64,000 bases of DNA, from NCBI GenBank assembly GCA_022571845.1, contig JACZXB010000002.1, forward strand, positions 43,979-107,978. Reading direction: 5' to 3'. Below the pieces are notes generated by a model that saw only the letters and a program-made list of their open reading frames with translations, made no database searches and was not told the DNA's origin. The position numbers and the translations under genes are program-made. Positions 1 to 9,446 of this stretch are shown here, in pieces (position 1 is the stretch's first letter; each line of letters starts with the position of its first letter). The DNA is from Candidatus Zixiibacteriota bacterium (GTDB lineage Bacteria; Zixibacteria; MSB-5A5; GN15; FEB-12).

Positions 1-1770
1 TTTCCTCTGTATGCGCAGGGCACGGCGGTAGTACCTGATGGATTCCGGAAGTTTTGAAGCTACACAATAGAGACTTCCCATATCTTTGGTCGTTATCGAA
101 ATTTCCAGTTCGTCTTTTTCGCGGCTGAATATTTCCATCGCTTTGTTGAGAAATTCGATGCCTGAATCAAATTCTTGTCTGGATTTCTGTATTCTTCCGA
201 GGTCGCGGTAAACCTCGGCCAATAGCTTATCCTCGGGCTTGTCCCTGTAAAGTTCTACAATATTTTGATAGGCCTGGATTGCCTCGTCTGCCAGACCGCT
301 GTTTCTCAAAAAGTCACCTTTGATCATTTGTAGTCTGATGGTGTCAAATTCGGTTTTCCTGGAGTGAGCGAAATCAACCAGGCGGTCGATAAGCTGAAGG
401 CTTCTTTCTATTTCATAAGCATCGACTGCACTCTCTGCGAATATCTGAGCATGGAAGCAGGCCTCGTCAAGTTGACCGGCTTTCAGATACAGTTTTGCTG
501 TCCGTTCCGGTTGTCCTTTAGGCTCCGAATCACTAGCCACACGTAGCGACATCCGTCTGATAAAGGCATTGCTTAACAGACTTTGAAAAAGGGCAGAGGT
601 CCCCGGAGGAATATTTTTTCCGGATTCTCTGTCATTGGCTATAGCTGCCGCTACTATCGCTTTTTTTAGCCCGAATTTTGAAGCGGAATAAAACTTGAGT
701 GCCTGCCTGCGGAGCACTGATGGCCAATAGATTCTTGAAGCGAAAGAAAATCGGCCACTTTTGTATTCGAGATTATTTCTCTTAAAGTTTGCTCTGAGTA
801 TCAGCCTGAGTCTGTCTTTATTTTGTCCAGTAAAGTTTTCGAGAAATTCGGTCTGTCTATTATCTATATCTAGAAATGATATGGCTTGCTGGTAGCTGCC
901 GGCATTTTTTACAAACAGAGAGGGAGACAAAACTTTTCTGAACGGATACTGGCATCCGACAGCCTTGAGTTTCTGACAGACAGACCAGGCAGTTTCGGGG
1001 CGGTCAGAAATTTCTTTTGACAACAACTGATTTACTAAATTCGAGAACTGGGCAGGCAGGTCACTTCTGTAATTTGAAACGGCGGGGGGAGTTTCTTCGC
1101 GCACTCGGCTTTCGATTCTGACCGGGTCTGATTCTCCCTGAATAAATGGGTGAAAGCCTGTGGCCAGTTCGTAAGCTATAACACCCAGCGAAAAAAGGTC
1201 AGATCTATGAGAGATGGTCGAGCCGGCCATAGTTTCCGGTGCGGCATAGCCGATAGTGCCGTGTCCAACCCTGGCAGATTCTGGCTCAGACTCATTTCTG
1301 CTTAAGCCGAAATCTGACAACTTTAGAAAGAATAATTTGTCGCTGCTAATTAGCGACCTGTCTGCCGGGAGAAAAATATTATTTGGTTTGAGGTCACAAT
1401 GTATTAATCCAACGATGCGCATGAATTCCAAATCAATTGAAATTGCAGAAATCAAATTAAGCAGAGCTTTGGAATTTTCTACTTTGCCGATTTTATCCAG
1501 CGTCTCTCCACTACAGAGCTCCAGCAGTAGATAGGGCGGAGTTTTTGAAAATGAATGAATTTGTACAATGCCCGGGAAATGGATTTCCCTGACAAGATCA
1601 TTCTCCCGCTGAGCAGTTTTCTGAAACTCAGCAATAGAATGTTCCTGTTCATCCAGGGGGTATTTGAGCGCAACATCCCGGTTTAGCTGCTCTGAGAAGG
1701 CTCTTGTTACCAGAGCGGTTCCGCCTTCTCCCAACTGACTTCCAATTGTCAGCCCGGGTATATTTATCAT
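1..1770 (-). CDS. Hanks-type Ser/Thr protein kinase with C-terminal TPR-like repeats (3' end lies beyond window edge)
   Basis: Absent from the ORF track because it runs off the window. My translation from the ATG at 1770..1768 gives MINIPGLTIGSQLGEGGTALV..., catalytic loop HCDLKPNNIF, LSDFGLS (DFG) and GTIGYAAPE. The frame stays open to position 1. The distal part reads TPR-like (GDFLRNSGLADEAIQAYQNIVELY). Confidence 0.85.
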   Translation of the reverse strand, partial: MINIPGLTIGSQLGEGGTALVTRAFSEQLNRDVALKYPLDEQEHSIAEFQKTAQRENDLVREIHFPGIVQIHSFSKTPPYLLLELCSGETLDKIGKVENSKALLNLISAISIDLEFMRIVGLIHCDLKPNNIFLPADRSLISSDKLFFLKLSDFGLSRNESEPESARVGHGTIGYAAPETMAGSTISHRSDLFSLGVIAYELATGFHPFIQGESDPVRIESRVREETPPAVSNYRSDLPAQFSNLVNQLLSKEISDRPETAWSVCQKLKAVGCQYPFRKVLSPSLFVKNAGSYQQAISFLDIDNRQTEFLENFTGQNKDRLRLILRANFKRNNLEYKSGRFSFASRIYWPSVLRRQALKFYSASKFGLKKAIVAAAIANDRESGKNIPPGTSALFQSLLSNAFIRRMSLRVASDSEPKGQPERTAKLYLKAGQLDEACFHAQIFAESAVDAYEIERSLQLIDRLVDFAHSRKTEFDTIRLQMIKGDFLRNSGLADEAIQAYQNIVELYRDKPEDKLLAEVYRDLGRIQKSRQEFDSGIEFLNKAMEIFSREKDELEISITTKDMGSLYCVASKLPESIRYYRRALRIQRK

Positions 1771-1788
1771 AGAGAGGTTTCCGTTAAT

Positions 1789-3534
1789 TTATTTGCGCTG
1801 CTGCCTGGGTAGGCTGATCGCAAATGTTGTACCTTCGCCTTGTATTGACTCCGGGACAATCTTACCCTGATGCTGCTCAACGATCTTTTGGCAATTTACC
1901 AGGCCCAGTCCGTGACCGTTCTTTTTGGTAGTAAAGTGCAGCGAGAAAAGCTTCTTCATCGTTTCTTCTGTCATGCCAATGCCGTTATCAGAAATTTCTA
2001 AAATTATTTTTTCGCTGGCCTTTACATAGTAAACCTTAATTGTCAGCTCCCGTTTATATTTATTGCCGGCTTTTTGCTCTACCAGGGCACGTTCTTCAGT
2101 TGCGTCGGCGCCGTTATTTAAGAGATTCATCAAGACCTGCTGAATCTGTCCTACATCCATTTCAATATTGGGAATATCTTGAGCTATATCCAGGGAGAAG
2201 TTGATACTCTTAAATCTTGGCTGTACCCGAAGAGAGAACAAGAGATCTTCAATTAAGTGCTTGATATTATAGCTGACATACTCTGTTTCGGGCATTGAGG
2301 AATCCATCAAGCTGTCCACGAACCGTTTAATCTTAAAGACATTGTCAACAATCGAACTGGCATTAAATTTTGCTTTGTCGTAGCTTTTCTTTTCAACATT
2401 CATTGACAATAGCTCGGCGTTGTTAGAGGCGATAGCCAGGTAGTTATTAAGTTCATGTGCAATCGAGGCTGCCATTTCTCCCTTGGCGACCAGCTTTTCA
2501 GACAGGATAACGTATTTTTCCATTATTACTTTTTCTGTAATATCTTCGATTGTCATGACTATTCCATCCCCCCCGCCGGGCAATGTAGTGATAGGGGATA
2601 TCTTGATCGACAGGGCCTTTTCATCGTAGCCGGTATTATGGAAATATCTGGGCTCTGAGAAATCTTCATTGCCGGACAAAGCAGTTTCAATCATGAACTG
2701 CCAGCGAGGTTTCTCTTTTTCAGGCAGTATATCAAGGAAAGCTGTCGCTTGAGAATCATCTGCGCCGATTCTTATTTGGCTCTTATTTAGTTCCAAAATT
2801 TCCAGCGCTACTGAGTTTATTTTTGATATACAGGCGTTGCTGTCTAAAACAACCAGGCCGATAGGTGATTTCTCAATTACGGATTCGTTGTAGCGCTGCA
2901 TCACCAGCAGCGATTCATAGATTTCTGCATTGTGAAGCGCGTTTGAGACCATTTGACCATAAAGTTCGAAAATGTAAAGGTCGGATTTGAGGAACATACG
3001 GGTCTCTATAGAATTATCCAGATAAATAATACCGATAACTTTTTCTTTGATAATTACGGGAACGCACATAATTGAATGTAAATGCATCTCTACGATTGAT
3101 TTTTGCTGAGCGTATTTCTTATCAGAGAGAGCATCGGAAATGTATTTTGATTTTCCTGTCCGGGCTACTTCGTATGCTATGGAGTTCGATATCTGAAAGT
3201 CATCCTGATTCATTTCTTCTTTACAAAGATTGAAAGCGCAGCGAGTCTGAAGCTCGCCTTTTTCATCAAGCAGCATTATTAATCCACGTTCTGCTTTCAT
3301 TAGCTCAATTGCTTTGTGCATTACAATCTGAAGAACATCATCCAGAACGAGAGATGAATTAGTTGCCAGAGATACTTCCAGCAGCGCCCTGAGGTCCTGC
3401 ATGTTTTTCCCAGGCTCTGTCGGTTCGTCGCTGATGCGCGGATTGGTTTCGGCGACCTGTTCCAGAGTAGCTTCTAAATCGGCAAAAATCTCTGTCGGTC
3501 CTGAGTCCAGTTCTGTTCTATCTTTGGTTTTCAT
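1789..3534 (-). CDS. Sensor histidine kinase (GAF + PAS + HisKA + HATPase_c), apparently cytoplasmic
   Basis: 581 aa ORF. H-box MAASIAHELNNYLA, N-box LMNLLNNGADA, G-boxes ISDNGIGM and GHGLGLVNCQKIV. GAF-like N-terminal half. No obvious TM segment. Confidence 0.85.
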   Translation of the reverse strand: MKTKDRTELDSGPTEIFADLEATLEQVAETNPRISDEPTEPGKNMQDLRALLEVSLATNSSLVLDDVLQIVMHKAIELMKAERGLIMLLDEKGELQTRCAFNLCKEEMNQDDFQISNSIAYEVARTGKSKYISDALSDKKYAQQKSIVEMHLHSIMCVPVIIKEKVIGIIYLDNSIETRMFLKSDLYIFELYGQMVSNALHNAEIYESLLVMQRYNESVIEKSPIGLVVLDSNACISKINSVALEILELNKSQIRIGADDSQATAFLDILPEKEKPRWQFMIETALSGNEDFSEPRYFHNTGYDEKALSIKISPITTLPGGGDGIVMTIEDITEKVIMEKYVILSEKLVAKGEMAASIAHELNNYLAIASNNAELLSMNVEKKSYDKAKFNASSIVDNVFKIKRFVDSLMDSSMPETEYVSYNIKHLIEDLLFSLRVQPRFKSINFSLDIAQDIPNIEMDVGQIQQVLMNLLNNGADATEERALVEQKAGNKYKRELTIKVYYVKASEKIILEISDNGIGMTEETMKKLFSLHFTTKKNGHGLGLVNCQKIVEQHQGKIVPESIQGEGTTFAISLPRQQRK

Positions 3535-3752
3535 CCGCCGTTTCTCTTAGATGTTAGAGGATATTTCTACCCAAAAAGGCAGGCTTCTCCCCATGAGTTT
3601 ATTCAGTTAGATTATCGGCGTCTTAGCACCCTTTCTTAGTCATATGCGGATATAGGTGATAAAGGAAAGAAACAGGGCTAATCTGTTTCGTTTTGAGACG
3701 GTGACTATGGTTCGTCGCCTAACTTATTGTGGAACAATCTGATAGAAGTGGG

Positions 3753-5504
3753 TTAAAACGAAGATGAAAATCTTACATGAATTTTGATGTCTCGCTTCTC
3801 TTGGCTGTCTAAACGCTTGCTAAAATTCACTCTCAGCCCGCTGAAATCCAAACCTAAACCAACGCTATGCTTAATCTCTGACTGGTCGTCCAATCTGCTG
3901 TCGTTAGCAATCTGTCCTACATCCCATCTGAAAATAAGATTCGAAAAATGCTGTTTGGTAAGTCCTACCCGGTACTCAGAATTGAGCATCCAGAAACGAC
4001 TGCCAATCATTTCTTTATGGTTATAACCCGGCAGGGTGCCCAGTCCTCCTATGAAATACCGCTTGTACATTGGTAGATAGCCATCGCTATTGCCATGGAC
4101 GGCCCTCAGGCGGACCGAAGAAATTCTGTTAACTTTCTGATACCGTATGACCTGAAAGGTGTATTTGCGGTAGTCAAAGTCGGATGAAAAACCATCGCCG
4201 GACCATTCCAAATTTCCCAGAAATTTCCAGCCTGACAAGATATTGTCTTCATCTTTAAGCCGGTCATCATAAGAAAACTCAACCGAAACCGCACCGTTAT
4301 GAATGGAATCTAACTCCAGCAGACCAGCGGCCCTAAAAGACGGTTCAACGCTGCTGAAGTTTTCCCTGAAAAGTTTACTTCCCCCGAACAGCGACCACAG
4401 ATTTTCTTGCGATTTAAACCAACGGGTGTCATAGCTATCGTAGCTAATTTTCAATAAAAGGTCTTTGGCCGGTGATATTTCAATCCAGCCGCCGGCGCCT
4501 TCTGATTCGTAATAGTCTTTGAAATCCTCCCTGGCTATCAGGACAAAAGCAGTATTTTCAGTATTGCCCAAAAGCCAGTTATCCTCTGAAGAAAGTTTTC
4601 TGTAAAAGCGGCCACCGATTCTCAAGAGATACTGTTTCCAGATATATTGTTCAGCTTCAAAAAAGTATCTTATCCTTTTAGATTCAAAAGCGTAGCCAAA
4701 GCCGGCATTAACAGCAGGAATCAGCGAATCTTTGTGCTCAAAGCCAAAATTGCCGCCCAATAACAAGCCGTCTACTCTGTTATAGTTAAGCATCACTCCT
4801 TGATTGAATTCATGTCCGCGATAGAATTTGAATCGGCGCGAATCAATTTCTTCGGTGCCTGAGTAAACTTCGCCATAGATAGAAGCCTGTTCTTCTATCT
4901 CGATTTCGCCGGTAACCGTGGCAATATCTCCTCTGGCAACGGCGCCTTTGGTCAGATTGATATTCCCAAAAAGGGAGATGATATCTTTGTTTACTTCGCC
5001 GTCAATTCTTATATCTCCCAGAATAGAAATCGCTGTACCGCGTACGAAAGTATCATGTCCGACTGCTAAACTCTTTGAGAATGAAAAGAGATTGCCTCTT
5101 CTTGTCCGGGAAAGTTTTGTTTTTGAGCCTGAAAATTTGTAGAACATAATTGTTACAGAATTTTCACTCTCTTTGATTTCCGTTGCGGTAATCTCATCAT
5201 ATTTATACATGACTCCCTGGTACGAAAGTCCTTGGCTCTCAAAGCTAATATCTTTGGCTAGCTCTGCCCGTTCAGCTGATATTTGGATTTCTGCTATAGG
5301 AACTTTGATACTGGTTGTTTTTTCTCCGTAGGCAGTCAAAACAAGCCAGCCGGTCTGAGTGTTAAATGAGACAGAGAAATATTCTGCTTTCGAGTTCTGC
5401 TTCAGATAATCTTTGTACTGTGCCAATGTGTTGGCCGGAAAGATTAATAGCGCCGGCAATGCCAATAATAGTATAAGAAATCTTTTCATAAGTCTTTCAA
5501 TCAT
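3753..5504 (-). CDS. Outer-membrane protein: signal peptide + bactofilin-like beta-helix repeats + Omp85/surface-antigen-like beta-barrel
   Basis: Signal peptide MKRFLILLLALPALLIFPANTLAQ. Repeats GDIRIDGEVNKDIISLFGNINLTKGAVARGDIATVTGEIEIEE. C-terminus ...IKIHVRFSSSF ends in Phe, as in an OMP beta-signal. The ORF-track start at 5774 overlaps the Nudix gene, so I prefer the ATG at 5504 (or 5489). Confidence 0.7.
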   Translation of the reverse strand: MIERLMKRFLILLLALPALLIFPANTLAQYKDYLKQNSKAEYFSVSFNTQTGWLVLTAYGEKTTSIKVPIAEIQISAERAELAKDISFESQGLSYQGVMYKYDEITATEIKESENSVTIMFYKFSGSKTKLSRTRRGNLFSFSKSLAVGHDTFVRGTAISILGDIRIDGEVNKDIISLFGNINLTKGAVARGDIATVTGEIEIEEQASIYGEVYSGTEEIDSRRFKFYRGHEFNQGVMLNYNRVDGLLLGGNFGFEHKDSLIPAVNAGFGYAFESKRIRYFFEAEQYIWKQYLLRIGGRFYRKLSSEDNWLLGNTENTAFVLIAREDFKDYYESEGAGGWIEISPAKDLLLKISYDSYDTRWFKSQENLWSLFGGSKLFRENFSSVEPSFRAAGLLELDSIHNGAVSVEFSYDDRLKDEDNILSGWKFLGNLEWSGDGFSSDFDYRKYTFQVIRYQKVNRISSVRLRAVHGNSDGYLPMYKRYFIGGLGTLPGYNHKEMIGSRFWMLNSEYRVGLTKQHFSNLIFRWDVGQIANDSRLDDQSEIKHSVGLGLDFSGLRVNFSKRLDSQEKRDIKIHVRFSSSF

Positions 5505-5595
5505 TAAAACCACCCTGCCATAAAACAGGCGACGACTCAACAAGTCAAGTTTGTGTTTTATACAAGTAGTTATAAGAGTGAACGAAATAAAAATA

Positions 5596-6162
5596 TCAGC
5601 GGCTGGAAAGATAATCAGAAATAGCCTGGTTATGAGATGCAAAGGCCAGTTCTTCCGGCATTTCGTCTGCAGCAAAGTAGTGCACTTCGCTGGCATCATC
5701 TGATGCCTGCAGATTGCCGCCGATCTCTTCCGCCAGGTACAGGACCAGAATTGCGTTAGTGCGCGGGTCGTCATCTCCGGAATAGAGGTTAAACAGAGAG
5801 TTAAGTTTGATTATCAGTCCTGTCTCCTCCTTTACTTCGCGAGTAGCAGTATCCCGTGGGTGTTCGTTCCATTCCATGAAACCTGCCGGGATGCACCAGC
5901 GGTCAAGGCGGGGAGGATGTGCTCTTTTAACCAGCAGAATTTTGCTGTCCTTTATAACAATTGCACCGGCAGCAGGTACGGGATTATGATAATGGACGAA
6001 GTCACAGTCTGCATTGCTGCAGGTAAGTCTGTCATGTCCGTCCAAATTCTCTTTTTCGAGTTCAGCTGCACAGAAAGGACAAAAGTTATATCCGCCAAAT
6101 TGCTTTTTCCTGGCGAAAAGTTTAGCTGCGTCAAATTCTTTGATTTCTTTTGAATTTTTCAT
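5596..6162 (-). CDS. Nudix hydrolase with N-terminal zinc ribbon (NudC/NADH pyrophosphatase-like)
   Basis: Zinc ribbon CPFCAAEL...CSNADCDFVHYHNP. Nudix box GFMEWNEHPRDTATREVKEETGL. The start overlaps the upstream stop (ATGA at 6159..6162). Confidence 0.8.
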   Translation of the reverse strand: MKNSKEIKEFDAAKLFARKKQFGGYNFCPFCAAELEKENLDGHDRLTCSNADCDFVHYHNPVPAAGAIVIKDSKILLVKRAHPPRLDRWCIPAGFMEWNEHPRDTATREVKEETGLIIKLNSLFNLYSGDDDPRTNAILVLYLAEEIGGNLQASDDASEVHYFAADEMPEELAFASHNQAISDYLSSR

Positions 6163-8408
6163 CGGTTCAGATGATTCATTTTCAAGGCGATTATGGTAGT
6201 GTCGTCACGGGGCGGGCTGGTAGGATCAAATGCGCGTACATCTTTTATTAAGGACTCTATCAGATTTTCGGGGTCGTGATGCAATTGTTCGCAAAGCATA
6301 TTCATTATGCGTTCTTCGCCATACTCCACATCGTTTTCGTCCTGGGCTTCAGAGAGTCCATCGGTAAATAAGAACAGCAAGTCGTTCGGCCCAAGCCTGA
6401 CTGAAGCCGATTGGTACTCCAGATCAGGGATTGCTCCTATGACAGTTCCGCCTGTTTTTAGATACTCAATTTGTTTGTCAGCTCTAACTAAGACGGGATA
6501 ATTGTGTCCGGCATTAGAATAAATAAATTCGCCCGTGTTTGGGTTAAGCTCACCATAAAATAAAGTTACAAACTTTTCCGGAGACGTGGAGGCCGACATC
6601 TGCTCGTTAATATTCTTGAGCATCTGCGCTATCGGGATATTATTATTAACTTCGCTTCTAATCATCGCTTGTATCTGTGCAATCATTAATGCCGCCGGCA
6701 TTCCCTTTCCGGAGGCGTCCGCGATGACAATGCCCAGCCTGTTGTCTTTCAATCGTATAAAATCATAGAAATCCCCTCCTATGGTCCGCGATGGCTCGGA
6801 GTGAACTGAAATCTTGAAGTTCTCAAATTTCGGCGGAGCGGAAGGGAGCAATTCCAGCTGAATCTGACGTGCCATCGAGACTTCTTCCTGAAGTTTTAAT
6901 CTTTCGATTGATTCTACGTATAGTCTGGCATTAATGAGCGCCGTTACCATTTGATTAGAAAGAACTTTCAGGAGGTTGAAATCTTCCGAGGTATATCTGT
7001 AGCCGGCGGCTTTATCGGTCAGTCCAAGAAATCCAAGCAGATGCTCGCCTTCTTTCATCGGCAGAATCAACCGGACATTTCTCTCGTCTAACTCTCGCGA
7101 AAGCTGTACGTCGTAGCCGTAATTGCCAAGAGTGTGAACATATTCGGGACCTGTTAGAGTATTTACAGCCGATAGCATATGGTCGTCACGGGCGAGGATA
7201 ACTTTTTTAGAAAATCTTTCATTTGGCAACAGCACGTACTCTTCTACACTATCATCGAACATTACAAAATAGACAGTATCAACCAGCAGGGCGGTCTGCA
7301 TAGTTTCACTGATGATTTCTCGCAGTTGTTTTGGGTCCAGTACAGAAATAATTTGCCTTGAAAATCTTTCCAATACATTTCGATAATCAGTACGACTCCT
7401 TATAAAAATTGATCGTATCAGATTATCAATCCAGTTGCCCAACGGCAAGAAAAGAAGAAGCAGGACAACAATAAGTAGGTAGCCAAAAATTTCGGCCTGC
7501 TGACCAAACAGAGGTTCGACTATCTCACGCGATTTTATGATAAGGACTACAAAAGAACCGACCAAGATTGAGTAAGTTATAGTGTAAACAAACGATTGCC
7601 TCAAGACTAATCGAACGTTTAAGAACTGATAGCGTATAATTGCATAGGCGACAGCTATAGAGCCAACCAAGGTGGACAATATTATTCCAGCCGTAAACAG
7701 GCTGTCAGCGAAATCTACCGTAAGGAACTCAAACCCGATTAGTGTCAGGGCAAGTATACCCAATGATAAAATTAATCCCCGCAATACTACGGTTGCCTGG
7801 GTTCGCAGGCTGACGCTTGTTAAACGCTCAAGGCTGGTTTTTAGATTGTAAACCGCCAATCCAACATAGAAAAGATATGCAAAGTAAAATATTTCGGCAT
7901 GATATGTTCTGACTATGCTGAATAAAATCTGAAGCCATGAGAAGAACGTTGCCAAAGGCTTCAAAATCAAACTGCTGAGGCCTTCGCTGGCGCCCGCTGT
8001 TTCAAAGTATTTAAAAAACAAAACAATGGAATCGTAATAGATTAGAACCAAGATATGAATGAACGGGGGAATGAAAGCAGCATATTTAATCCAGCGATAG
8101 CGAAAATATCTGAGCCTATCCTCCGGATATGTCCAGGCAAAAAGCAACAGGAGCGGGAAGAAAACTTCCCAAATTCTGTTAAGGTTATATATCGGGATAT
8201 CCTCGAAATCTACATAAACCGGCGTCGAGAGATTAATAACCTGCCCAAGCGCCAAAAACAGAGGGCCAAGACCGGCAAAAAACAACATACCACCCGTGAC
8301 CTGGTTTAGTCTGCTGCGTAAATTGTCGCGTATTACTGTAAGTGAAAGAAATATTAGAAATCCGCCTGAAACAAACAAAAGGATTGTATTAAAGAGGTTG
8401 AAGCTCAT
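6159..8408 (-). CDS. Membrane-bound PP2C/SpoIIE-family protein phosphatase (multi-TM sensor + GAF-like + PP2C; RsbU-like)
   Basis: 749 aa. The N-terminal ~330 aa are strongly hydrophobic with multiple TM helices. PP2C/SpoIIE motifs: GGDFYDF, VIADASGKGMPAAL, LFLFTDGLSEA, DDTTIIALK. Confidence 0.85.
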   Translation of the reverse strand: MSFNLFNTILLFVSGGFLIFLSLTVIRDNLRSRLNQVTGGMLFFAGLGPLFLALGQVINLSTPVYVDFEDIPIYNLNRIWEVFFPLLLLFAWTYPEDRLRYFRYRWIKYAAFIPPFIHILVLIYYDSIVLFFKYFETAGASEGLSSLILKPLATFFSWLQILFSIVRTYHAEIFYFAYLFYVGLAVYNLKTSLERLTSVSLRTQATVVLRGLILSLGILALTLIGFEFLTVDFADSLFTAGIILSTLVGSIAVAYAIIRYQFLNVRLVLRQSFVYTITYSILVGSFVVLIIKSREIVEPLFGQQAEIFGYLLIVVLLLLFLPLGNWIDNLIRSIFIRSRTDYRNVLERFSRQIISVLDPKQLREIISETMQTALLVDTVYFVMFDDSVEEYVLLPNERFSKKVILARDDHMLSAVNTLTGPEYVHTLGNYGYDVQLSRELDERNVRLILPMKEGEHLLGFLGLTDKAAGYRYTSEDFNLLKVLSNQMVTALINARLYVESIERLKLQEEVSMARQIQLELLPSAPPKFENFKISVHSEPSRTIGGDFYDFIRLKDNRLGIVIADASGKGMPAALMIAQIQAMIRSEVNNNIPIAQMLKNINEQMSASTSPEKFVTLFYGELNPNTGEFIYSNAGHNYPVLVRADKQIEYLKTGGTVIGAIPDLEYQSASVRLGPNDLLFLFTDGLSEAQDENDVEYGEERIMNMLCEQLHHDPENLIESLIKDVRAFDPTSPPRDDTTIIALKMNHLNR

Positions 8409-8432
8409 TCGTTAGGTCCGATAGTGTGGCCT

Positions 8433-8855
8433 TTATTTAAGAGCTCTGGTGAACGTTACTATGGTGCCTTTTTTAGAAGGTGCTATATCGACTTTATCCA
8501 TTAGTGAACGTACGATAAATATCCCGCGGCCTACTTCTTTAAGCAGATTCTCTTCGGCCAGAGGGTCATCAAGCTCGTCGGGATTAAATCCTGCTCCTTC
8601 ATCGGTTACTGTTAAAGACACTGCCTCAGAATTCTTTTCTATCGTTACTATCACTCGTTTCTCTTCATTCTTCTTGTTGCCGTGGTCAATGGCATTATTT
8701 ACAAGTTCTGATACAGAGATGGCTATGTCAGCAATGATTGATTCATTGATACCGTAACCACGAAGTATGCCCTCAATGAAAATATCAACATCCGGCAGGT
8801 ACTCCTGAGTCGATGGAATTGAAATGCGGTTACCGGTTATTATAGGTTTTTGCAT
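8433..8855 (-). CDS. Anti-sigma regulatory factor / serine kinase (RsbW/SpoIIAB-like, HATPase_c)
   Basis: 140 aa. N-box ELVNNAIDHGN, G1 DEGAGFNP, G2 GRGIFIVRSL. Size and position next to a STAS gene fit this family. Confidence 0.8.
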   Translation of the reverse strand: MQKPIITGNRISIPSTQEYLPDVDIFIEGILRGYGINESIIADIAISVSELVNNAIDHGNKKNEEKRVIVTIEKNSEAVSLTVTDEGAGFNPDELDDPLAEENLLKEVGRGIFIVRSLMDKVDIAPSKKGTIVTFTRALK

Positions 8856-8936
8856 GCAAAGAGGTCTCCCGAAAAACAGAATTTGCGGATTCTGTAGTTT
8901 ATGTAAGGATTCAGGTGAGTTGTTTCATCAATAAGG

Positions 8937-9278
8937 CTAATTCGAAAATGATGCTATGGCATCTTCAACTGAATCATAAGTGTCAAAAACCGTAATAAGT
9001 TTTGTAATAGTCAAAAGAGACTGGATCTTATCAGTCACATTGGCCAGTTTGAGGGCGCCGTTGTGATTTTTAAGAGAAGTGTAGCCGGAAATGAGAATTC
9101 CCAAGCCGGTAGAGTTCATCCATTCTACTTTTGAGAGATCAATGACTATTTGACGCTGTTCGTTTTCGAGATACTCGTGCAATTTGTCATGAAGCAAAGT
9201 TGCATCGGGGCCGCCCATTATTTTCCCCTTTGGCTCCATTATGACAATGCCATTTTCAATACGGTCGCTAAGTCTCAT
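8937..9278 (-). CDS. STAS-domain anti-sigma-factor antagonist (RsbV/SpoIIAA-like)
   Basis: 113 aa with VIDLSKVEWMNSTGLGILISG, the conserved phosphorylatable Ser/Thr context (NSTGLG). First gene of the minus-strand string. Confidence 0.8.
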   Translation of the reverse strand: MRLSDRIENGIVIMEPKGKIMGGPDATLLHDKLHEYLENEQRQIVIDLSKVEWMNSTGLGILISGYTSLKNHNGALKLANVTDKIQSLLTITKLITVFDTYDSVEDAIASFSN

Positions 9279-9409
9279 CGCTATTTGCCTCCAAAACTGT
9301 TTAGAGTTATTTACGAAATTAGTCCTAACTTGTTTCTATCCAATATTTTAATCAGCCCAAATTTACTATTTAAGTCAAGGCATTTTTCCCGCTCAGATAA
9401 GCACGCGAT

Positions 9410-9438
9410 TTGACTCTCTTTGCCGGCTTAACTATATT
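9410..9438 (+). promoter_or_regulatory. Putative sigma70-type promoter (TTGACT-17-TATATT)
   Basis: TTGACT at 9410..9415 and TATATT at 9433..9438. It lies in the divergent intergenic region just upstream of the 9447 ORF and would give a near-leaderless transcript unless the start is the second Met. Confidence 0.3.
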
Positions 9439-9446
9439 CGGTCAAA

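Noticed and set aside
5505-5774. N-terminal 90-aa extension of the OMP ORF (track start 5774)
   Set aside because: It overlaps the 3' end of the Nudix gene, is Cys/Arg/Thr-rich junk-like sequence, and is followed by a clean signal peptide at the Met at 5504/5489.
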